25,646 nucleotides of DNA, from the IMG/VR virus record IMGVR_UViG_3300037601_000136, positions 1 to 25,646 of that record; one strand, 5' to 3'. The stretch is from a virus. Lineage: Duplodnaviria > Caudoviricetes. The stretch's first letter is position 1. Every line of letters starts with the position of its first letter. Position numbers and translations under genes: made by a program. The notes beneath the pieces were generated by a model. That model was given only the letters and a program-made list of their open reading frames with translations. It was not told where the DNA came from and searched no databases. Of this stretch, positions 7,045 through 16,190 are shown in pieces.

Positions 7045-8148
7045 ATGGCTGAAACCGTTTTTGGCGTTAATTCGCCGGAGACGAATAAGGTCTGGTCACG
7101 CAAACTCTCGATTGAAGCGCTGAAGAAAACTTACGTCGGCAAATTCATCGGGACGGGTGCCAGCTCCCTTATTCAAGAAAAGAAAGACCTCAAGAAGACT
7201 GCGGGTGACCGCATTCGCTGCACTCTGCGCACTTTGCTTAACGGCGAAGGTGTTCAGGGCGACGCCATTCTTGAAGGTTCAGAAGAATCCCTCACGACCT
7301 ACACTGATGACTTGCTCATCGATCAGGTCCGCCACGCGGCGGATGCTGGCGGGCGCATGTCACAGCAGCGTGTTCTGATGAACATGCGTACCGAGTGTCG
7401 TGATGCGCTGTCGGACTGGGCTGCTGCCCGGATGGACCGCTGGTTCTTTACGCAGATTTGCGGGTATACCGGCGGATCTGTCACCGAGCATGGCGAAACC
7501 TATGATGGCACAAGTTCCATCTATACGGGTAACAATGCCACGCTCGCACCATCGACCAATCGTCACTTTTTCTCTGAAACCGGCGCGACCGCTGACGAGG
7601 ATCTGGACAGCACGGGCGATGACATGGCTCTGAGCCTTCTGGATGATCTGAAAGTCGAGGCTGAACTGGCCTCACCGATGATCAAGCCGGTCATGTATCA
7701 GGGCGAGAAACTGTATGTGGTGTTCATCCACCCACGCCAGGAGCGTCAGCTCCGCGCCGAAGTCGGCACGGCGGGTTGGTATGACATTCAGCGTGCATTG
7801 CTTGAAGGTGGAACTGGCAAGAGCCAGAACCCGATCTTCAAGGGCGGCGCTGGCATGTACAACAACATGATCATTCACACCTCTTCGCGGGTCACTCAGG
7901 GCGTTAACTCGTCCACGGGTGCGGCAATCAGCACTGTGCGTCGTGCGGTTCTGTGCGGTGCTCAATCAGCAGTGATCGGCTTTGGTCAGGGTGACAGCTT
8001 CGGAAGCTGGAACTGGGCTGAGGAAGAGAAAGATTATGCAAACAAGCTTGGCGTTGCGGCTGGGTGGATCGGTGGCCTGAAGAAAGCTCGCTATAACAGC
8101 GAAGACTTCGGCACGATGGTTCTCTCAACTTATGCGCCAGCAGGATAA
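7045..8148 (+). CDS. Major capsid protein, N4-gp56/DUF4043-like
   Basis: 367 aa. Motifs DLKKTAGDRI, GVQGDAILEGSEESL, IDQVRHA, YVVFIHPRQ..LR, NPIFKG, RAVLCGAQ, W.EE..DY.N and DFG. Position after the scaffold gene. Confidence 0.92.
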   Translation: MAETVFGVNSPETNKVWSRKLSIEALKKTYVGKFIGTGASSLIQEKKDLKKTAGDRIRCTLRTLLNGEGVQGDAILEGSEESLTTYTDDLLIDQVRHAADAGGRMSQQRVLMNMRTECRDALSDWAAARMDRWFFTQICGYTGGSVTEHGETYDGTSSIYTGNNATLAPSTNRHFFSETGATADEDLDSTGDDMALSLLDDLKVEAELASPMIKPVMYQGEKLYVVFIHPRQERQLRAEVGTAGWYDIQRALLEGGTGKSQNPIFKGGAGMYNNMIIHTSSRVTQGVNSSTGAAISTVRRAVLCGAQSAVIGFGQGDSFGSWNWAEEEKDYANKLGVAAGWIGGLKKARYNSEDFGTMVLSTYAPAG

Positions 8149-8160
8149 GGAGGGCTTGAT

Positions 8161-8568
8161 ATGGCTGTAGGAACCACTGGTCTTCAGTATCAGACCAAGC
8201 AAACGCACTTCCTGCGCAAGGATGTCAGCTACACGGATGACGGCACGACCGTTACTGTGGGCAAGCTGCCTCCCGGCGCGATTGTAGTTGGTGCAGGCGT
8301 GGTTGTGTCCACGGCGTTCAATGCGGGTACGTCCAACGTGCTTGACATTGGTACGTCAGGTGACGGGGACGGTTTTGCGACCGATCTCGCGCTCGGCACA
8401 ATCGGCAATATCGTCTGGGACGAACTGGCGACATCAAATGACCTGTATTCTACGGGCGAGGTTACTGTGACGGCGGCGGTTGCGTTGTCTGGCACAGCGG
8501 CCACGGCGGGAACGGGTCACGTGTATGTCGAGTTTATCCCGGCTGATCCGGCAGTTGCTGCTTCGTAA
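8161..8568 (+). CDS. Putative capsid decoration/cement protein
   Basis: Directly after the MCP with an AAGGAGG RBS. G/T/V/A-rich beta protein with LPPGAIV..V.TAFNAG..LDIG, typical of post-capsid decoration proteins. Confidence 0.65.
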   Translation: MAVGTTGLQYQTKQTHFLRKDVSYTDDGTTVTVGKLPPGAIVVGAGVVVSTAFNAGTSNVLDIGTSGDGDGFATDLALGTIGNIVWDELATSNDLYSTGEVTVTAAVALSGTAATAGTGHVYVEFIPADPAVAAS

Positions 8569-9180
8569 ATGAGCACTTTTGCCACGCTCAAAGCTCGTGT
8601 TGCGGATGAGTTGAACCGGTCTGACCTAACAAGCCAGATCGCAACTGCCGTGACACGGGCGATTGAGTATTATGCGAGAGAGCGGTTCACGTTCAACGAG
8701 GGCCGCTCTACCGCTGCCACGGTTGCGGATAATCAGTATGTCACGTTTCCATCCGGCTTGCGGGTGGTTGATGGCGTATTGGCGACTATTGGCAGTAACA
8801 CCTATCCGCTTGTGCGGATGGAGTTTGATGAAATGGAGGCTTGGCACGGCGCGACGAACACGACCGGCCAGCCAATAGATTTTTCAGTTCGTGATGGTCA
8901 GTTCCGGATCTATCCGACCCCGAACCAGGCTTACACGCTGACGGTTCTGGGTATCTATGACCAGTCTGCTCTGAGCGATGACACAGACACGAATGATTGG
9001 TGTACGGGACTTGCGCAGGATCTGATCGTCGCGCGGGCAAGATACACGATCAGCCGCGACATCCTGTTTGATCAGGAGGGCATGACCCATGCTCGATTGG
9101 CAGAGGTTGAAGCGCTGAAAGAGCTGCGCGGTGAGAGTGAGCAGCTGACCTCTGATGGCAAAGTGAGTGCAGGCTGGTGA
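8569..9180 (+). CDS. Head-tail adaptor (tail tubular protein A / P22 gp4-like)
   Basis: TFATLKARVADELNRSDLT N-terminus, G.P..F, IYPTP..Y, and LSDDTDTN.W motifs. About 200 aa; synteny. Confidence 0.8.
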   Translation: MSTFATLKARVADELNRSDLTSQIATAVTRAIEYYARERFTFNEGRSTAATVADNQYVTFPSGLRVVDGVLATIGSNTYPLVRMEFDEMEAWHGATNTTGQPIDFSVRDGQFRIYPTPNQAYTLTVLGIYDQSALSDDTDTNDWCTGLAQDLIVARARYTISRDILFDQEGMTHARLAEVEALKELRGESEQLTSDGKVSAGW

Positions 9181-9407
9181 TCAAGATCAGCCCGCAAGCC
9201 CCGTTATGGGCTCGCCAGTTAGTGACAGACATTAACCGCGAATTGAACCGCTCTGGCCCTGTGAGGCTTCCAGAGTTTGCCGACAGCGCGGCTTTGCCCT
9301 CTGCCAGCGATTACCGCTCTCACGCGGTGTTCAAGAAAGACATAGACATGATTTGCGTTTCCGATGGCACGGATTGGCGAAGAGTTGATACCGGAGCGAC
9401 TGTATAA
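9177..9407 (+). CDS. Small virion-associated hypothetical protein
   Basis: GTGA overlap start. LP.A...SDGTDWRRV pattern seen in small phage structural proteins. Confidence 0.65.
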   Translation: MIKISPQAPLWARQLVTDINRELNRSGPVRLPEFADSAALPSASDYRSHAVFKKDIDMICVSDGTDWRRVDTGATV

Positions 9408-10561
9408 TGGCTTCTAGTCCTAGCGCCCTTTTGAATGTCGAATTGCAGGCATTAGGCGAAAACCTTAACACATGGGGCGATAACAAGCTGAACGATGCCC
9501 TCAGCCGTCTTGAAGAGGCGATTGCAGGGCATGTTTCGATTGCGGTTGAGGCCGATGTTACGCTGACCAGCACGGACTATGTGCAGAACCAACATCGTTA
9601 TGCGATGCTGACTTTTACCGGGTCAGGCGGTTTCGACATTATCTGCCCGGCGACATCCAAGCTCTACCTTGTCAGAAACAATGCTTCAGCAGCGGTGACA
9701 TTCACCCATAATGCGGGCGGGGACGAAATTGCGGTTGCAGCCGGTGCGATCAAATGGGTGGCCACTGACGGCACTGATTTCTTTACCGCAGAGGAAGAAG
9801 ACTACCTGCTTTTGACAGGTGGGACGCTAACAGGCGCTCTAACGCTCTCAGGCGCTCCCACAAGCGATTTGCACGCCGCAACTAAGGCGTACGCTGATTT
9901 GATGATCCCGCTTGCTGGTGGCACGCCTACGGGCCTTGTCAATTATGCGTCGGATCTGTCTGGAAGCTTCGTTGATCGATCACTTGTCGATAAGGCTTAC
10001 GTCGATGGCGTTGCGCTGGGATCGGTCAGCGTCTCGTTTGACTGGGATGATGTCACGAACAAGCCCACCACGATAAGCGGCTTTGGCATCACGGATGCTT
10101 ACACGCAGACCTATATCGATGCGAATTTCCAGCCTCTCGATGCCACGCTGACAGCTCTTGCAGGCCTCACCACAGCAAACGGTAACATTATTTATGCCAC
10201 GGGTGCGGATACGTTCTCACAGGTTACATCGACAGCCTATGGGCGAAACCTTCTGACGAGCGATATTGTTGAGATGAGCGGGGACGTGAACCCGGCTGTC
10301 AGCGGCAAGATCTATCAGCCAGACAGTACGACATCCGCCCGCACGATTACGCTCCCTGCAAGCCCGTCTGACGGTGACTGGATCATCGTCACGGACACCA
10401 AGGACGCGAACTGCGGAACCAATGCCTGCGCGATTGCCCGGAACGGGAAGACAATCAAGGGCGCAGCGAGCGACTTCAATGTGAATGTGAATAATGGCTG
10501 GGTTGAGCTGGTCTTTGACAGCGCCGCCGATGACTGGAAAGTGACGAGGTTCTACGCATGA
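9407..10561 (+). CDS. Tail fibre / tail appendage protein
   Basis: N-terminal GEN..TWG..N domain. Fibre motifs GGTLTGALTLSGAPTSDLHAATKAYAD, WDDVTNKPTTISGFGITDA and QPLDATLTALAGL. C-terminal TITLPASP..GD..RNGKTI.G (T4 gp9/gp10-like) domain. Confidence 0.8.
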   Translation: MASSPSALLNVELQALGENLNTWGDNKLNDALSRLEEAIAGHVSIAVEADVTLTSTDYVQNQHRYAMLTFTGSGGFDIICPATSKLYLVRNNASAAVTFTHNAGGDEIAVAAGAIKWVATDGTDFFTAEEEDYLLLTGGTLTGALTLSGAPTSDLHAATKAYADLMIPLAGGTPTGLVNYASDLSGSFVDRSLVDKAYVDGVALGSVSVSFDWDDVTNKPTTISGFGITDAYTQTYIDANFQPLDATLTALAGLTTANGNIIYATGADTFSQVTSTAYGRNLLTSDIVEMSGDVNPAVSGKIYQPDSTTSARTITLPASPSDGDWIIVTDTKDANCGTNACAIARNGKTIKGAASDFNVNVNNGWVELVFDSAADDWKVTRFYA

Positions 10562-11154
10562 CCGATTTAAGCGCTCTTGGCTCAGGCGGGGGTGGGAACA
10601 AGCCATATCCGTCCGGTGTTCCATTGATCGGGCCTATACCAAATAACCTCGCAACGGGGCTTATTGCCGGTCATGACTACTTGTTGCCATTCGTTCCCCG
10701 CGCGGACGTAACGGTCGATAAGCTTTGGTGGTACCGCTACTCTGCCACAGCGGCCAGCATTTACATGGGCCTTGTGGATTCTAGCGGAAATCGGCTGGAT
10801 GATTGCGCCGTCGATAGCGACACGACTGTCGGGATACACGAGGTTGACACAACCAACTTCGATCTGACGGCGGGTACCTGGTATGGGGTTATCATAAATC
10901 CGAGCGCGAGCAGTGTTGCGTCTGGCGACCAAATGGGATCGACGGATCAGGACCTGTCCGCTCAGATTGCGTACAATTACGCTCACCCTATGGATATTGG
11001 CCTGTTTGCAAGTGGCACATTCCCTTCAAGTGGTCGAACCCTGATGACTGCCCGCAAGTCGCGCACAGCTGCCGCTGTCGCTGATCCCACTACGATGACA
11101 GGATGGGCTGGCAACATCGGATTCATCCCCTTCATAGGAATCGTTCCAGCATGA
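10558..11154 (+). CDS. Putative tail fibre distal / receptor-binding subunit
   Basis: ATGA overlap with the fibre gene. GSGGGG linker followed by a predicted all-beta domain (..LTAGTWYG..). Confidence 0.55.
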   Translation: MTDLSALGSGGGGNKPYPSGVPLIGPIPNNLATGLIAGHDYLLPFVPRADVTVDKLWWYRYSATAASIYMGLVDSSGNRLDDCAVDSDTTVGIHEVDTTNFDLTAGTWYGVIINPSASSVASGDQMGSTDQDLSAQIAYNYAHPMDIGLFASGTFPSSGRTLMTARKSRTAAAVADPTTMTGWAGNIGFIPFIGIVPA

Positions 11155-11534
11155 CCGTAACAGTTAGACCAAGCGCCCAAGCGCCAGAAACCGCCCGTTG
11201 GGTCTCACAATACCGCTTCCTTGCGGAGCTACACTCTGACCAGCAACAGGTCATGCTGAACGTGGTTCACAAGGAAGGGCTCAACCTTTCCTTTGCCGAA
11301 GAGACATCAACTGACCCGACACTGATGAGCACAAACGGCCTTCCAGTCGCAGCGCTCCGTCCGATTGTGATCGCCTATGAGCATATGAAAGCCCTGAATA
11401 AGCGAGTGGACCTGCTCAGCCCCGGCATGACGAATTTCTTCGCAGCTGCAAAAGCCTGCGGCGTGTATGGCCTCGACCCCGCAGCCGCAGATGCTGAAAT
11501 CGCTCGGATAGTGGCGAATGAGACCCCCGCCTGA
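11151..11534 (+). CDS. Hypothetical tail-module protein (possible fibre chaperone)
   Basis: ATG 11151 overlaps the previous stop (ATGA) and has an AGGA RBS. In frame with ORF 11103..11534. Confidence 0.6.
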   Translation: MTVTVRPSAQAPETARWVSQYRFLAELHSDQQQVMLNVVHKEGLNLSFAEETSTDPTLMSTNGLPVAALRPIVIAYEHMKALNKRVDLLSPGMTNFFAAAKACGVYGLDPAAADAEIARIVANETPA

Positions 11535-11799
11535 TTCATACCTCGACGGGTGCACGTGCTTCTTTGATAGGTTCGGCAAAGTCAGCCACGTCGATGTTTG
11601 CAACGAGCATGACGGAGACTGGTGGTACAAGCGTACAGCTCTTGAGAAAATAGGCGCAGATTGGCGTTTCAGCGTCCGTCTGGCGCGTCGGCACCTCACT
11701 AACACCCCGTGGCAGCCTGTGGCGCTTCTGAGCGCTGTAGGGGCCTTAGCTTTATTCTGGAGTCCCTATGGTTGGTTCATCTGGTGGCGGAAGTCATGA
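11518..11799 (+). CDS. Phospholipase A2-like small protein with a C-terminal hydrophobic helix
   Basis: DGCT..FD...C.EHD..W...AD.RF matches the prokaryotic PLA2 pattern (DGCS/T, CxxHD, downstream Asp). Overlaps both neighbours. Confidence 0.6.
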   Translation: MRPPPDSYLDGCTCFFDRFGKVSHVDVCNEHDGDWWYKRTALEKIGADWRFSVRLARRHLTNTPWQPVALLSAVGALALFWSPYGWFIWWRKS

Positions 11800-13706
11800 G
11801 ACCTAATCTGGTCGCGCTGGAAGTCGCTCCGGGCCTTATTCAAGACGATTCAGCTTTCAAGGTTCGCCAGGGCGGGTATTCGGACGTGAACAATGTCCGT
11901 CCGCACAGAGGTGACATGGAAGTGATCGGTGGCTGGGAGTTCCTGACCACTGAACAGCTGACAGGCAAGTGTCGCGGCATTCACAGCTGGCGAGACAATG
12001 CTGGGGAGATCAACTTTGCGTTCGGCACTCATTCCAAGCTCTACGTCTGGACGCGCGGCAAGCTCTACGACATCACTCCGAGTGATTTTACTGCTGGCAA
12101 TGAAAACGGCTTTGGTGGTGGCGGTTATGGTGTCGGCACTTATGGCTCTGGCACTTATGGCGCTGCATCAGAGGGCATTTACTACCCGCTGACATGGACG
12201 CTCGACAATTACGGCGAATGGTTGATTGCGAATCCGCGCGGCGGTAAAATCTACGTCTGGAAGAATGACGTAACCGCCCTCGCGGTGGAGCTGGCTGGAA
12301 GGACTTCAATCTATGATGCAGATTTCACCAGTTATGCTGACCAAACTGCCTTTGACGTGGATTACACCAGAGGAACGGGCTGGACGTTTGACGCAGCTAA
12401 TGATGAGGCGGATTGTGACGGCACACAGACTGCGGACTCTGACCTTGAATATACAGCAACAGGCCTCACAGTTGGGCAGCGATACCGGGTTACTGTCACC
12501 TTTGACAGCCGCACAGCGGGCGCGATTAGCGCGCTTGGTAACACGACCGAAGGCACGGAAAGTAGCGAAGAAAGCGGAACAGTTGCGGTTGTATTCATCG
12601 CCACGGCGACGAGCCACACGGTTGCGGCGCGTGCCGATGCTGACTGGATCGGCTCTGTAACCGATGTCACAGTCGAGCAGATGGGTGCGCCCGAGATTGT
12701 TGAGAGCATTCTCGTTACACCCTCACGGCAGATCTGCGCTTATGGCTGTGAAGAGGAGCTAGGGGTTACACAAAACCCCCGCGCGGTGCGCTGGTGCGAT
12801 ATTGAGGACACGTCCGACTGGACAACTTCGGCCACCAATAATGCGGGCGAGTTTATCCTCCGAAACGCGGGCCGATTGGTCAGAGCCAAGGAAGTGGGCC
12901 AGATCATCGGCGTGTGGACCGATGAAGGCATGTTCTGGCAGTCCTACCAAGGGCTTCCTGGTCAGACATGGGACTTCCAGCGTGCTGGCTCCAATTGCGG
13001 ACTGGTTGGACCGAACGCGGTTGATGTGATCGGTAATCAGGCGTTTTGGTGCGGTCCTGATTTTGTGTTCTACGGCGTCGGGTTTGGTGGTGAGCCATTG
13101 GCCCTGCCGGCCCCGATTGATCAGACATTTAAAGATGCTCAGGTCCATGCGCAGCAGGAGAAGATTTACTGTTCGTCTCTCAGTCGGTTCAACGAAGTCT
13201 GGTGGTTTTACGCTGACCGGTCAGACGGCAATGAATGTAGTCGCTACTACGCGTTTTCACTGTCAGAAAACAAATGGTTCGCCGGAGTGATGGATCGAAC
13301 ATGTATGATCGACAGTGCACCCTACGACTATCCCGTGGCAGTAGATGCCTCTGGGCAGGTGTTCATCCACGAGAGAGGAAACACCGCTGCGGGCAATGCC
13401 ATCAGCTGGCATGCCGAAACCGGTGATATTTATTTGAATGAGAGTTCTCAGGTTGTCCAGGTTCGTGGAATGCGCCCCGACATCTACAACCAACAGGGGG
13501 CGATCACTTTCACGCTGAAGACGAAGCAATACCCGCAGGGAGATGTGACCACCCACACCCCGCAAACCTTGGTTGCAGGGCAAGATAAAGCGGACTTCCG
13601 CGCCTCCGGTGCAATCGTTCAGCTTCGGTATTCGAGCGACTTGGTGGGCGCGACCTGTCGAATGGGCAGGCCGGTCTTTGACGTAACGCAACGAGGCAAA
13701 CGTTAG
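11796..13706 (+). CDS. Tail nozzle / DNA stabilisation protein (P22 gp10 / T7 gp12-like) with an inserted beta-sandwich domain
   Basis: ATG 11796 (ATGA overlap). Motifs CRGIHSW, FGTHSKLY, GYG.G.YG repeats, WTLDNYGE.LIA, VRWCD.ED..DW, WTD, NCGLVGPNA and FNEVWWFY...EC.RY. About 636 aa; upstream of the ejection genes. Confidence 0.8.
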   Translation: MRPNLVALEVAPGLIQDDSAFKVRQGGYSDVNNVRPHRGDMEVIGGWEFLTTEQLTGKCRGIHSWRDNAGEINFAFGTHSKLYVWTRGKLYDITPSDFTAGNENGFGGGGYGVGTYGSGTYGAASEGIYYPLTWTLDNYGEWLIANPRGGKIYVWKNDVTALAVELAGRTSIYDADFTSYADQTAFDVDYTRGTGWTFDAANDEADCDGTQTADSDLEYTATGLTVGQRYRVTVTFDSRTAGAISALGNTTEGTESSEESGTVAVVFIATATSHTVAARADADWIGSVTDVTVEQMGAPEIVESILVTPSRQICAYGCEEELGVTQNPRAVRWCDIEDTSDWTTSATNNAGEFILRNAGRLVRAKEVGQIIGVWTDEGMFWQSYQGLPGQTWDFQRAGSNCGLVGPNAVDVIGNQAFWCGPDFVFYGVGFGGEPLALPAPIDQTFKDAQVHAQQEKIYCSSLSRFNEVWWFYADRSDGNECSRYYAFSLSENKWFAGVMDRTCMIDSAPYDYPVAVDASGQVFIHERGNTAAGNAISWHAETGDIYLNESSQVVQVRGMRPDIYNQQGAITFTLKTKQYPQGDVTTHTPQTLVAGQDKADFRASGAIVQLRYSSDLVGATCRMGRPVFDVTQRGKR

Positions 13707-13708
13707 AT

Positions 13709-14275
13709 ATGCCGAACAGAAAAAAAGAACCATCGCCCAGAGTGTTGCGGCGACTGATCGACTATTGCCCGAAGACTGGGCAGCTTACCTGGAAGGAACG
13801 CCCTGCGTGGCTGTTCAAAAAGGGCAAGGGCTCCCGCTCAGCGTATGCGAAGATGTGGAACACAAAATTCGCCGGGAAGCCCGCACTCACGTATGTGGAC
13901 TCTGATGGCTATGCTTGCGGAAATCTCTTTTGCCGGAGAACCCCAGCCCACCGAGTGGCCTATGCCATCTTTCATGAAGAATGGCCGAAGCAGCAGATCG
14001 ATCACATCAACGGCAATCGTTCTGACAACAGGATAGTAAACTTGCGTGCGGCCTCTCCATTGGAGAACATGATGAACCGCAAGATGCCTAAGCACAACAA
14101 AAGCGGTCATGTGGGGGTCTATCTGCGTCCAAACGGTCGATGGCGGGCGCAGGTGTTGCTCGCAAGAAAGGCTGTGTTTGACAAAGAATTTGACACGTTT
14201 GAGGAGGCCTGTGCAGCGCAAGAGGCTGCCGCCCTAAAGCACGGCTTCCATCCTAACCACGGTCGCGCAGCATGA
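13709..14275 (+). CDS. HNH homing endonuclease (HNH_3 plus AP2-like DNA-binding domain)
   Basis: Y.P.TG.L.W, AHRVAY, IDHINGNRSDNRIVNLR, N..N, N.SG..GV and WRAQ...F...EEA motifs. Confidence 0.93.
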   Translation: MPNRKKEPSPRVLRRLIDYCPKTGQLTWKERPAWLFKKGKGSRSAYAKMWNTKFAGKPALTYVDSDGYACGNLFCRRTPAHRVAYAIFHEEWPKQQIDHINGNRSDNRIVNLRAASPLENMMNRKMPKHNKSGHVGVYLRPNGRWRAQVLLARKAVFDKEFDTFEEACAAQEAAALKHGFHPNHGRAA

Positions 14276-14625
14276 CTGGCGATCAAGTCAAAGAGCTGAT
14301 TGCGGACGCTCTTGAGTACGACCCTTCGTACAGCGTCGAAGCGGTCCTGAACGAGGTCTCTGAACATCGAGCCGAGCTGTGGATTCGAGAGCGATCGATA
14401 GCGATCACGAACGTCATGGAGAAGCCGAATGTGCGCCAGTTCCACATTTGGATTGTGGCAGGCGATCTCGAAGAGCTGATGAACGAAATTTACCCGCATC
14501 TGGAGCACAGGGCGCGGGGACTTGGGTGCGGGATAATGACGGTTAGCGGTCGTCGCGGATGGATCAGAAAGTTGAAGCCGCACGGTTTTGAGGAAGTCGC
14601 CACAGTTGGGACGAAGGTATTATGA
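14272..14625 (+). CDS. Conserved podovirus protein with a GNAT-like fold, preceding the ejection genes
   Basis: HIWIVAGDLEEL and ARGLGC..MTVSGRRGW.R.L...GF motifs. ATGA overlaps on both sides. Confidence 0.65.
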   Translation: MTGDQVKELIADALEYDPSYSVEAVLNEVSEHRAELWIRERSIAITNVMEKPNVRQFHIWIVAGDLEELMNEIYPHLEHRARGLGCGIMTVSGRRGWIRKLKPHGFEEVATVGTKVL

Positions 14626-16181
14626 GCAAAGACAGTGCAAAGACTGAAACGCAGAGTTTGCAATTACCTAAAGCGCCGGGATATGTGACCCGGCCTTTAG
14701 AAGGCGTTCTTGGCGCGGCATACAATCTTGCGGGCACAGACCCCTACCAATATGTCCCGCAGCCGAATGCTAATGACATGGCTGCCGCTTCTGCGGGGGG
14801 ATCAATTGCAAGCCGATACGGATGGAACAATCAGCAGCCGTCCCCGGTTGGTGTGTATAGCTCAGGATCAGGCGCAGGCGGTGGATCTGGTGGCGGATTG
14901 TTCGGGATGCTGGGCATATCTCCGCCTAATGCGCAAGTGTACGACTGGCAGGCTATCGCAGCGGATCGAGCCGCACGAGAACCAAGTTTTCAACAGGCAT
15001 ATGATGGGCTGAGTGACCAGCAGCGGACAGACTTGGCGAACGTCATGGGCAATGCCGACGGATCTCTTAGCATGGCCGACTTTGCCCGGTATCACGCTGA
15101 AAACGGTCCACCCCTCTCGCAGGATATGAAGGATCGGTTTGCGCAGCTGAGCGGCGGTGGAAATCAGAGCGAAGTCATGGGGCCATATGGCTCTAATGGG
15201 TTTGGTCAGCCGATGGCGACAGCCGGTAAAACTCAGAACCCTTGGGGTGGCTCACCTACGGCCCAAAGTTCGAACACATACAACCCGTTGAGCGCCTACG
15301 GGCAGTCCGCTGATCTTGCATGGGGTGCTGCAAACGCTGGCCCGCAGTACGGCGATTACGGCAGTGTGCTAGATCTTCTGAAGGGCAATGCCCCAAAGGC
15401 GTCAGCGGGCAATGCTCAGTCGCACAGCCTGCTCGACAACTGGGAATCGTACATGTCGCCCTACACTGACCGGGTGGTCGATACGACGCTGGCTAATGTT
15501 GACGAATACGATGCACGACAACTCGCCCAATCGCAGGCTGAAGCGGCAGGGAATGGTGCATTTGGTGGCTCTCGATATGGCGTGATGGATGCGATCTTAC
15601 GAGGTGAGCAGGGGCGCAACCGAGCCGCCACCGAGGCGGGTTTGAGGGACACAGCATTCAATACTGGAATGGGCCTCTCTGCTGATGATGCAAACCGTAG
15701 ACAGTCTGCAAGCAACTTGAATGCTCAGTTGGCGACACAAACCAGCATCGCGAATGCCAACAGTGACCTCAGCCGATTGCTCACGGGTGCGAACTTGATG
15801 CATCAGGGCATCGCCAACAATCAGCGGGCAGATGAGAGCGCACTTGATCGAGCATTCCAGGGCGCTGATAGCCTTCGTAACACCGCAACGACCTACCAGG
15901 GCAACGAGCGAGCTGATGCCGGCCTGTTAGCGCAACTGGGGGCGCAACAGCGCGAGATTGAACGTCAGCAACGCACAGCTCCGCTTTCGCTGCTTGAACT
16001 GATCACGAACCAGCTTGGCGCAATGGGCGTCAACACCAGCCAGGTAACGGGCATTTCGAACTCGAGCACGACGACGCAAAGAGATCGACCCGGACTACTC
16101 ACATCATTGAATGGCGGCATCAGTCTTGGTCGCAACCTGGTCGGTCTCGGTCAGGACATCAAAGACCTCGGAAAGCCATAG
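14622..16181 (+). CDS. DNA ejection / pilot protein 1
   Basis: Q/A/G/N-rich. YMSPYT..VVD, GAFGGSR and L...GAQQR motifs typical of podoviral internal virion proteins. Confidence 0.75.
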   Translation: MSKDSAKTETQSLQLPKAPGYVTRPLEGVLGAAYNLAGTDPYQYVPQPNANDMAAASAGGSIASRYGWNNQQPSPVGVYSSGSGAGGGSGGGLFGMLGISPPNAQVYDWQAIAADRAAREPSFQQAYDGLSDQQRTDLANVMGNADGSLSMADFARYHAENGPPLSQDMKDRFAQLSGGGNQSEVMGPYGSNGFGQPMATAGKTQNPWGGSPTAQSSNTYNPLSAYGQSADLAWGAANAGPQYGDYGSVLDLLKGNAPKASAGNAQSHSLLDNWESYMSPYTDRVVDTTLANVDEYDARQLAQSQAEAAGNGAFGGSRYGVMDAILRGEQGRNRAATEAGLRDTAFNTGMGLSADDANRRQSASNLNAQLATQTSIANANSDLSRLLTGANLMHQGIANNQRADESALDRAFQGADSLRNTATTYQGNERADAGLLAQLGAQQREIERQQRTAPLSLLELITNQLGAMGVNTSQVTGISNSSTTTQRDRPGLLTSLNGGISLGRNLVGLGQDIKDLGKP

Positions 16182-16190
16182 GGGGACCAT

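Noticed and set aside
7045-9180. Capsid, decoration and adaptor genes share one frame (possible readthrough fusion)
   Set aside because: The stops are TAA, the decoration gene has a strong RBS, and no slippery or readthrough signal is visible. This is likely coincidence.
9407-11154. Diversity-generating retroelement or invertible tail-fibre cassette
   Set aside because: I saw no reverse transcriptase, invertase, or template/variable repeat pair in the window.
12107-12161. GGYG/GTYG nucleotide repeats
   Set aside because: This is a coding glycine-tyrosine repeat within the nozzle protein, not a CRISPR array or regulatory repeat.
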